Source: Nitrospinaceae bacterium (GTDB lineage Bacteria > Nitrospinota > Nitrospinia > Nitrospinales > VA-1). Taken from it: a DNA stretch of 15,147 nt. The notes under the pieces are model-generated. The model did no database searches. It was not told the origin of the DNA and worked only from the letters and a program-made list of their open reading frames with translations. The DNA is taken from the NCBI GenBank assembly GCA_046754465.1, contig JBHHVU010000070.1:1-15147 (forward strand), written 5' to 3'. Position numbers and translations under genes: made by a program. Positions 8,299-15,147 of this stretch are shown one piece after another. Every line of letters begins with the position of its first letter. Position 1 is the stretch's first letter.

Positions 8299-8658
8299 GC
8301 TCGTTTCCTTTCCATGGCAGTATTTTTTTAGATAAAATGAACCGACCCATCCGGAGGGGCCGCGACAGGACTGGCTTTAAGCAAACGGACCGGGGGGCCA
8401 TGTGAGGGTAAAGAAAATTCCAGGAGCGGGGCGGAACGTTTCTTTCCGGCGGCGGGCCCTCCTCCTGGAAATGAATGATCGGATCCATCCTTTTATCTAT
8501 CGGCCCCTTTCCGGGCCAACTTTACGTGGAAAGGAAAATCCAATTTCTCTCATCGCGCGGGTGGACAGGGTGTTTCAAAAACGGTATGCTTATACAAGAA
8601 AAGTGATTGCGGGTCTCCGGGCGTTGTCCGTAAATCCGGCAACCCGAATGAAGGAACC

Positions 8659-9078
8659 ATGAAGCAAGCCACCCACCGGTTTTCCACGGTCACCCGTGGC
8701 AAAAGACTGTACGACATCCACCGGCAAATAGAATCGTGGGTATCCGGACAGGGGTTCCAAACGGGGCTATTGACCATTTTCATTCCGCACACCTCCGCTT
8801 CCCTGGTGATTCAGGAAAACGCGGATCCGGATGTATTGCTCGACCTGAATGATTTTTTCAGCCGCCTGGCGCCAGACGATGATACGGCCTACCGCCACGC
8901 TTCGGAAGGGCCGGATGACATGCCCGCCCACATCCGATCGGCGCTCACCCAAACCCAACTCAGCGTCCCCATATCCGGCGGACGAATGACTCTGGGACTT
9001 TGGCAGGGTATTTATTTATTCGAACACCGCACCTCGCCGCACCGGCGGGAGGTGGTGCTGCATTTTCTTGGAGAATAG
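8659..9078 (+). CDS. yjbQ: YjbQ/UPF0047 family protein (secondary thiamine-phosphate synthase-like)
   Basis: HTSASL, ENADPDV, PAHIRS and LGLWQGIYLFE motifs; SD-like AAGGA upstream. Confidence 0.9.
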   Translation: MKQATHRFSTVTRGKRLYDIHRQIESWVSGQGFQTGLLTIFIPHTSASLVIQENADPDVLLDLNDFFSRLAPDDDTAYRHASEGPDDMPAHIRSALTQTQLSVPISGGRMTLGLWQGIYLFEHRTSPHRREVVLHFLGE

Positions 9079-9173
9079 GCGGGGAATCCGCGATTTCCCC
9101 CTCTCCGCCGGTTGTCCAACCCATCCTTTTCGAGAGTTCACGCAATCTTTCTCTACCACCAAGGAACGATCTC

Positions 9174-10031
9174 ATGGGAGAAAAAAACCAATTGAAGGAC
9201 AAACCTTATCGAATGGCCGGCGGCGCGGTTCTCCTATTCGCGTCCGTTTTGGCATTTTCCATTCTCATGGCTTCCTGCGGGAAAGAGGGACCGGGAGAAA
9301 GCGCCTCCGGCAATGAAGAAAAAGGAAAAGTCCGCCCTCTCATAGCCAAAGGATTAAAACTCCTCGATGAAAAAAATTATGAGCAAGCCACCATCGCCAT
9401 CCATGAGATCCTTGATAAGGATCCCAATGACACCGAGGCCATGTCGGTGCTGGCCATGATCTTTGTCAACCAGTTCCGGTTAAAGGACGCGAAAGAATGG
9501 GCCGAGAAAGCCCTGGAGATCGATGCCACCCTTGCGGTGCCTTATGCGGTTCTGGGAAAGGCGAAATTCCTGACTTCCTATTTCGACGATGCGATGGAAT
9601 TGTCCCGAAAAGCCCTCATCATCGATCCGAATAATTCCCTGGCCTACGAGGTGATCGGGCAGATATACTTGCGGCGGGGAAGAGTGGATGACGGTTTATC
9701 CGTTCTCAAGGAAGCCGTAAGGCTCCATCCCGACAATCCGGAATTGCTGAATATTCTGAGTTCGGCCTACATCAAGGCCAAAGATTATGATCGGGCTCTT
9801 GCGGTTTTGCTCAAGGCCCAGAAACTCGACAAGGACATCGCCGGGGTCCATTTCAATCTCGCGCGGGTCTATACCGAAACCAATGCAGCCAGCAAGGCCT
9901 TCCAGCACATCAACAGGGCGGAGAATTTGTATGGGGAGCAGGAAAACCGCCTCTGGCTTTCCAAAGCCAGGGAACTTAAACGTCACATCGCCAAAAAATT
10001 CAAAATGCGGCCGCAGGATCTAGTCCCCTGA
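9174..10031 (+). CDS. TPR-repeat lipoprotein
   Basis: Likely start is the in-frame ATG at 9174 (AAGGA at 9161-9165). Hydrophobic stretch ending in lipobox-like MASC, followed by about six TPR units. Confidence 0.8.
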   Translation: MGEKNQLKDKPYRMAGGAVLLFASVLAFSILMASCGKEGPGESASGNEEKGKVRPLIAKGLKLLDEKNYEQATIAIHEILDKDPNDTEAMSVLAMIFVNQFRLKDAKEWAEKALEIDATLAVPYAVLGKAKFLTSYFDDAMELSRKALIIDPNNSLAYEVIGQIYLRRGRVDDGLSVLKEAVRLHPDNPELLNILSSAYIKAKDYDRALAVLLKAQKLDKDIAGVHFNLARVYTETNAASKAFQHINRAENLYGEQENRLWLSKARELKRHIAKKFKMRPQDLVP

Positions 10032-10056
10032 CCCCGCTTCTCCCCACGCAGTGGGG

Positions 10057-10599
10057 TCAGTCCACCAGGGTGTGGCCGATCACCAGGACCACGATCACGG
10101 TGAGGGCAAACGCGTGTTGATAATGAATCAGGCGGGAAACCTTGGCCCCCGGTTTGTCGGCTCCCTGAAATTTCATGGTCAGGCCGCTCAGGGCGAGAAA
10201 AACCATGATCCCCCACCCCAGCCAAAGCAGAAAATTAGTATCCTCGGCCCACCACCCGTGCAAAAAGGCCATTCCGATCATGATGGGGTTGCCAATATAA
10301 TGAAAGTTCCGGAACCGGGTTTTCCACTGGATAGGCTTTTTGAACTTTTCCGGAACCCCCTTCTTCGTTTTGCTCCGCCACAACCGCACACCCATGGCAT
10401 AATAATAAAGCGCGTTCAAAAGAATCATCCCTCCTAATGTGACCCCTCCCAGAACTTCGCTGACCTCTTCCAGGGGTTCATGTTGTTTTTCATGATCCTG
10501 GCGATTCACTTCCTTCCCGAAGGCGAGGGCGGATGAAAACAACCAAAGACCCATGACAACACTCAACACGGTCGATCCCCAGGGCTTGTAACACATCAT
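10057..10599 (-). CDS. Membrane protein with signal peptide and four TM helices; putative heme-b binding
   Basis: Signal peptide (…SSALA), four hydrophobic segments and two His pairs spaced 14 residues apart. Confidence 0.65.
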   Translation of the reverse strand: MMCYKPWGSTVLSVVMGLWLFSSALAFGKEVNRQDHEKQHEPLEEVSEVLGGVTLGGMILLNALYYYAMGVRLWRSKTKKGVPEKFKKPIQWKTRFRNFHYIGNPIMIGMAFLHGWWAEDTNFLLWLGWGIMVFLALSGLTMKFQGADKPGAKVSRLIHYQHAFALTVIVVLVIGHTLVD

Positions 10600-10795
10600 G
10601 GCAAGTCTCCCTTATGAAGTTTTCCGGGAAAGAGATAATCCAGTTTTGAAAAAGGAACCCGGTTTTCCGCCTTGGGGGATTAAACATTCGCCCAGGACGC
10701 TTTTTCAAACCGTTCCGCGGCTCGAGGTTAACGCAAAAGATCAATAAATTCAGTAAATTATTGGAATTTCAGCGGTGTTGGATTAAACTATTTTA

Positions 10796-10823
10796 TTGAG
10801 GCCCAAAAGGCCTATATTATAAT
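10796..10823 (+). promoter_or_regulatory. Candidate sigma70-type promoter for the hybrid kinase
   Basis: TTGAGG (10796-10801), 16 nt spacer, TATAAT (10818-10823), with AT-rich upstream sequence. Confidence 0.55.
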
Positions 10824-10965
10824 CTGGGTATCGCGCCCCATAATTTAAAATCTTCTGAAACCCTCCAAAACAGGGAACCTTGACCAGGGTGGACGCTGGA
10901 ACGGTTGCAGGCCTCACGGCGGAACTTCCCTGAAAACCGCACACTCTGGAAAATGGATCGAAACT

Positions 10966-13185
10966 ATGAGAGAGCAGGCGGTCAATTCGGACAAGTCCGA
11001 ATTCAAAAAGCCGGAAGAAGCCCTGAAGCAGGAGATGGCCTATGTTCAGTTGCTTCAGGAAGTCTCCAGCGCCTCCAATGAGGCACGGACCTTTGAAGAG
11101 GCCATCCAGATCTGCCTGGAGAAAATCTGCAATTTGACCGGATGGGCTATTGGCCATCTGTTTCTTCCCACCGGGGAGTCGCCTCCCAATCTGGTTTCCG
11201 CCAACATCTGGGTTCTGAAGGACCCGGAGCGGTTCAAGAAATTCAGGGGAATGACCGGTTCCATCACCATTCGCTACGGCGAGGGCCTGGCCGGAATGGT
11301 TCTCGCCACGGGGAGGCATTCCTGGGTCCGCAACGTCAGGGAAGACCCCCGCTCGCGGCGCCGGAAAATCGGGGAGGAATTTGGCATCGTCAGCGGATTC
11401 GCCTTTCCGGTCCTTATCGGCAAGGAGGTCGTGGGGGTCATGGAATTTTTTTCAACCTATCCGGTGCCCCCGGATCAGCTTCTTCTGAACGTGGTCGACC
11501 AGATCGGCACCCAGCTGGGCCGGGTGGTGGAGCGCAAACGGGCCCAGGATGAAATCATCCAAGCCAAGGAGAAAGCAGAAGAAGCCCAGGTGGCCGCCGA
11601 CCAGGCGAATCAGGCCAAAAGCGAATTCCTGGCGAATATGAGCCATGAAATCCGGACCCCCATGAACGCCATCATCGGGATGAGCGATCTTTTGGCAGAG
11701 ACCCATTTGTCCTCCGAACAGCAACAACTCGTCAAAGTGCTTCGGGGAGCCGGGGAAAACCTGCTCATTCTGATCAACGACATCCTGGACCTTACCAAAA
11801 TCGAAGCGGGACAGATCGAACTGGAAAATATCGAGTTCAACCCGCGGCGGCTGGTCGAAAAAACCATCGAAATTCTGGATTTAAGAGCCCAGGAAAAAGG
11901 GCTCGCCCTGAATTACCACCTCTCCCCGGACGTTCCCGACAATTTGAAGGGGGACCCGCACCGGCTCCGCCAGGTATTGACCAACCTGATCGGAAACGCC
12001 ATCAAATTCACGGAACAGGGGGAGATCCTCGTCCGGGTCGAAAAAGACCCGGAAACCGGGAATCCGGGTGGACTGCAGTTTGCCGTATCGGACACGGGGA
12101 TCGGGATCCCGCCTGAAAAACTGGGAACGATCTTCGGCAGCTTTTCGCAGGCGGATTCATCGACAACACGAAAATATGGGGGAACCGGGCTGGGATTGGC
12201 CATCACCCAAAACCTGGTGAACCTGATGGGAGGACGGATTTGGGCGGAAAGTGAGCCCGGACAGGGCAGCAACTTTCACTTCACCGTGCAATTCGCCGCC
12301 CTGCCCCCCTCCCCGAAAACCCCAACCGCTAAACCGGAAAAGCTGAAGGGGATTAAAACCCTTTTGATGGAAGCCCGGCCCTCCGTTCGCGGTATGATCA
12401 AGGATCAGCTTGTGGAGTGGGGCATGCAGGCGCGGACCGTCGATAACACGAACTGCGGGTTCGAGGAACTTGAAAAAGCCCGGAACAGCGGGGTACCCTT
12501 TCAACTGCTTTTGATCCATAGCCGCCTGCCGGGAACGGGAGGATTCAACTTCGTGAAAACCCTGAGGGAAACGTATGACCTTTGCGTCCCGACGGTAATG
12601 ATGATGCCCATGGACACCCGGAAGGGAGACCTCGATCATTGCCGGGAATGGGGAATGGTGGATTACATGACGAAATTCATCCGGCCGCGGGATCTCCTGA
12701 ACAAAATCCATCTCGCGTTGGGCTACGAAATCCCCACCGAAAATCAGGAAATCGTCCCTGCCACGGAAAAGGAACCCGGTGAGAAGGAACCCCTGCGTAT
12801 CCTTCTGGTGGAAGATTCCGAGGACAACCGGCTGCTAGTGCAGCTTTTCCTCAAAAAAACGCCGCACTGCCTCGAAACCGCGATGAACGGTGAAGTGGCG
12901 TTGCGAATGTTCTTCCGGGAAAATTATGACCTGGTGTTCATGGACATGCAAATGCCGGTGATGGACGGTTACACCGCCACCCGAAAGATCCGGGAATGGG
13001 AGCAAAAGCATCATCGAAAGGAAGCTCCCATCATAGCACTCACTTCCCATGCCCTGAAAGGGGATATGAAAAAATGCCTGGAGGCGGGTTGCTCGGGTTA
13101 TGTTTCCAAACCCATTAAAAAGGAAAAGTTGCTGGAAACTATCCAAATATATTCCCGCCCCCGGGCGGCGAACCGACGCTGGTGA
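10966..13185 (+). CDS. Cytoplasmic hybrid sensor histidine kinase (GAF-HisKA-HATPase-pseudoREC-REC)
   Basis: H-box [17 protein letters not shown]-box [11 protein letters not shown]1 DTGIGI, G2 GGTGLGL. Terminal receiver LLVED…FMDMQMP…KP. No TM segment seen. Confidence 0.93.
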   Translation: MREQAVNSDKSEFKKPEEALKQEMAYVQLLQEVSSASNEARTFEEAIQICLEKICNLTGWAIGHLFLPTGESPPNLVSANIWVLKDPERFKKFRGMTGSITIRYGEGLAGMVLATGRHSWVRNVREDPRSRRRKIGEEFGIVSGFAFPVLIGKEVVGVMEFFSTYPVPPDQLLLNVVDQIGTQLGRVVERKRAQDEIIQAKEKAEEAQVAADQANQAKSEFLANMSHEIRTPMNAIIGMSDLLAETHLSSEQQQLVKVLRGAGENLLILINDILDLTKIEAGQIELENIEFNPRRLVEKTIEILDLRAQEKGLALNYHLSPDVPDNLKGDPHRLRQVLTNLIGNAIKFTEQGEILVRVEKDPETGNPGGLQFAVSDTGIGIPPEKLGTIFGSFSQADSSTTRKYGGTGLGLAITQNLVNLMGGRIWAESEPGQGSNFHFTVQFAALPPSPKTPTAKPEKLKGIKTLLMEARPSVRGMIKDQLVEWGMQARTVDNTNCGFEELEKARNSGVPFQLLLIHSRLPGTGGFNFVKTLRETYDLCVPTVMMMPMDTRKGDLDHCREWGMVDYMTKFIRPRDLLNKIHLALGYEIPTENQEIVPATEKEPGEKEPLRILLVEDSEDNRLLVQLFLKKTPHCLETAMNGEVALRMFFRENYDLVFMDMQMPVMDGYTATRKIREWEQKHHRKEAPIIALTSHALKGDMKKCLEAGCSGYVSKPIKKEKLLETIQIYSRPRAANRRW

Positions 13186-13290
13186 AATGTCATACTTTAT
13201 ATGGGGGACCCGGAGTACCTCCGGGGGCCGGTGGGACACACCTTATACGGCGGACAAGGGTCAAGGGGCGGCTTAGATGGACCTAACCCC
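13163..13290 (+). repeat. Mosaic structured repeat, locus C (2 cores), overlapping the kinase 3' end
   Basis: Cores TTATAT (13197) and TTATAC (13243). Hairpin CCCGGAG-TAC-CTCCGGG (13209-13225). Tail GGCGGCTTAGATGGACC matches GGCGGTTTAGATGGACC at 4698-4714. Confidence 0.9.
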
Positions 13291-13312
13291 GGGCAATCGA
13301 AAGGTTAATTTT

Positions 13313-13756
13313 TCACCCTCTGAGGGAACCGGAGAACGAGTCCAAGACGGAGTTTTCTTTATAAGGCAGGGAAAAATGGATTTGCACAAACAGCCACGGA
13401 CCCTTGCGGTTTTCCAGCACCGCGCTGAATCGGAGGGAAACTTGACGCTCCCGGCCCTGAACGGTGAAATCCACACGCGAATCTCCCGCCACCCAGCACA
13501 CGGGACCCAGCTGGGAAACGATGACATTGTCAAACGCCAAGCTCAGGTGATCCGATTGACAAAAGTCTCGCTCTAACTGGGTTTTGATTTCTTCCCGTCC
13601 GGTCCGCATCTCGTCGACCCCGGTTCCGATGACCGTGACATCGGGATCGGGAACGAACAGATCCAACAGGGTCCGGACGTCTTTCCGACCATAACTCTCC
13701 TGAAACTGGTCCAGAACGGATTGTATCTCCGCCACGGTATGCGAGGTTGCCTGCAC
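13313..13756 (-). CDS. SnoaL-like / NTF2-superfamily protein
   Basis: Pattern D-x-x-x-L-x-x-LF…IGTG.DE…G.EEI…RFSAV…W.FVQIHFS.P. GTG start with SD AGGAG. Confidence 0.85.
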   Translation of the reverse strand: MQATSHTVAEIQSVLDQFQESYGRKDVRTLLDLFVPDPDVTVIGTGVDEMRTGREEIKTQLERDFCQSDHLSLAFDNVIVSQLGPVCWVAGDSRVDFTVQGRERQVSLRFSAVLENRKGPWLFVQIHFSLPYKENSVLDSFSGSLRG

Positions 13757-13962
13757 CTGGCCGCTCCTGATAATAAAAATATTGTGCTGGGATGATTGGG
13801 AAATTTGTGTCTACGATGGCATAAAATTTTTCCAAACGCAAAGAAAAACCATGCCACGCGGCGAAAATTTTCACCTGTGGGAATCGAAAAAAAATAGTCC
13901 ATACGGGAAATTTTTATGGGAATATCCGGCACCCGATAATATGACTCCAAAGCCGGGACACA

Positions 13963-14090
13963 GGCAGCGAACCGGGGAGTACCTCCCCAGCCGGAGTGCC
14001 TCCGGGGGCCGATGGGTCATACGTTATATGGCGAACCCGGATCGACAGGCGATGATGGTATGACCTTTGCCCCCCCCCAGGGGCTGGGGG
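13963..14090 (+). repeat. Mosaic structured intergenic repeat, locus D (1 core, doubled hairpin)
   Basis: GGCAGCGAACCG start; hairpins GGGGAG-TAC-CTCCCC (13974-13988) and CCGGAG-TGC-CTCCGG (13991-14005); core TTATAT at 14024; terminal hairpin CCCCCAG-GGG-CTGGGGG (14074-14090). Confidence 0.9.
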
Positions 14091-14100
14091 TGGAGGGGGT

Positions 14101-15147
14101 TTATTTGTTGGGAAGCAGAACGATGAAAGAGCTGCCCTTGTTGGGTTGGCTGCGGACGATGATTTCTCCATGGTGCCGGTTGACGATTTTCTGACAAATG
14201 GCCAGCCCCATGCCCGTGCCTTCAAAGGTGCCATTATTATGCAGCCGTTCAAACGGTTTAAAAATCCGTTTTACATATTTTTCATCAAACCCGATACCGT
14301 TATCCTCGACGGTAATTTCCCACATTTGTTTTCCTGCGGGCCGGCTGTGCAACCGGACGAGGGGGGGCACCTTTTCCTTGTGATATTTGAGGGCGTTGCC
14401 CAACAGGTTCTGGAACAATTGCCGCATTTGGAACGGATCGGCTTCCAGCGTGGGCAAATCCTCCACCTTCACCGTTCCCCGGGTATGAATAATCCGGGTT
14501 TCAAGATCAACCAGCACCTCGGTGATGACTTGCTTCAGGTCGGTGGTTTCAATGGGTTGGGCCTGGGTCATCAACCTTGAAAATTGCAGGAGGTCGCGGA
14601 TGAAATGAACCATGCGGTCGGCGGACCTCTGCATCCGGTTCAAGTAATCGACGGCTTTGGGGTCGGCGCTTTGAATTTGACTTTTCAGACGATCCCCAAA
14701 AGAGATGATTTTCCGCAAGGGCTCCTGCAGGTCGTGGGAGGCGACGGAGGCGAAGTCCTGAAGGTCCTGGTTGCTGCGTTCCAGTTCGACCGCGTAGGTT
14801 TTAAGTTTTTCCTCGGCCATTTTGCGATCGGAGATTTCTTTTATGAGCCTCCGGTTGGAATTTTCAAGTTTCGCGGTCCGCTCGCGGACACGGAATTCCA
14901 AATGATCGTTGATCTCCTTCAGGTCCTTTTCAGCCCTCTGGCGTTCCATCACCCTCCCCATCTGGGTTCCAATATTGGCAAAAATTTCCAGGAGCCGGGA
15001 ATTGGGTTGGAGAACTTCTTCCGAGAAAAATTCCATGACCCCCACCACCTCATTTCCAACGAGGATCGGGAACGCAAATCCCGCCCGGACCCCGATATCA
15101 TCCGCCAGTTTGGCCCGGGGAAAATTGGAGTCGCGGGTCACGTCCGG
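14101..15147 (-). CDS. GAF-domain sensor histidine kinase, C-terminal part (5' end outside window)
   Basis: GAF C-terminal half, coiled coil, H-box LERSNQDLQDFASVASHDLQEPLRKI (Cph1/bacteriophytochrome-like kinase core), QNLLGNALKY, DNGIG and GTGMGL. Confidence 0.92.
   Translation of the reverse strand, partial: PDVTRDSNFPRAKLADDIGVRAGFAFPILVGNEVVGVMEFFSEEVLQPNSRLLEIFANIGTQMGRVMERQRAEKDLKEINDHLEFRVRERTAKLENSNRRLIKEISDRKMAEEKLKTYAVELERSNQDLQDFASVASHDLQEPLRKIISFGDRLKSQIQSADPKAVDYLNRMQRSADRMVHFIRDLLQFSRLMTQAQPIETTDLKQVITEVLVDLETRIIHTRGTVKVEDLPTLEADPFQMRQLFQNLLGNALKYHKEKVPPLVRLHSRPAGKQMWEITVEDNGIGFDEKYVKRIFKPFERLHNNGTFEGTGMGLAICQKIVNRHHGEIIVRSQPNKGSSFIVLLPNK

Noticed and set aside
5642..8331. Long + strand ORFs 5642-6751 (369 aa) and 7066-8331 (421 aa)
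   Set aside because: Antisense shadows of purM and gdhA, expected from GC-rich codon bias; no recognisable motifs.
8299..8658. Riboswitch or small gene in the gdhA-yjbQ divergent region
   Set aside because: Only short GC hairpins and weak ORFs; no motif I can support.
9000..9173. N-terminal extensions of the two TPR ORFs (9000-9173 and 5487-5621)
   Set aside because: They overlap yjbQ, hairpins or promoter-like sequence. Downstream starts have SD-like motifs and put the signal/TM segment at the N-terminus.
13991..14040. HDV-like ribozyme resemblance (GCC-UCC…-GGC, GG, hairpin, GGCGAA)
   Set aside because: The P1 3' strand would be only 4-5 nt with no upstream partner, the L3 loop is short, and CGAA is not kept in other cores. 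An RNArobo search or cleavage assay would settle it.

Overview
GC-rich bacterial chromosomal window with mostly housekeeping and signalling genes. In order: 3' end of class II fumarase (fumC), a secreted Vgb-like 7-bladed beta-propeller, leucyl aminopeptidase (pepA), a CopD/DUF4149-like membrane protein, a small acidic protein, a membrane-anchored TPR protein, purM, a Glu/Leu/Phe/Val dehydrogenase resembling animal GDH (including an antenna-like insert), a YjbQ protein, a TPR lipoprotein, a putative di-heme cytochrome b-like membrane protein, a GAF hybrid histidine kinase, a SnoaL/NTF2-like protein and a second GAF histidine kinase cut by the window edge. I saw no transposase, integrase, CRISPR array, tRNA or rRNA. 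The most notable signal is non-coding: four loci (about 4077-4176, 4496-4736, 13163-13290, 13963-14090) carry seven co-oriented copies of a mosaic repeat. Each has a TTATA(T)GGCGRACC-like core flanked by triloop hairpins whose stems change sequence but keep pairing. One copy supplies the last codons and stop of the hybrid kinase. All calls come from reading the sequence and recalled family motifs; no searches or folding programs were run.
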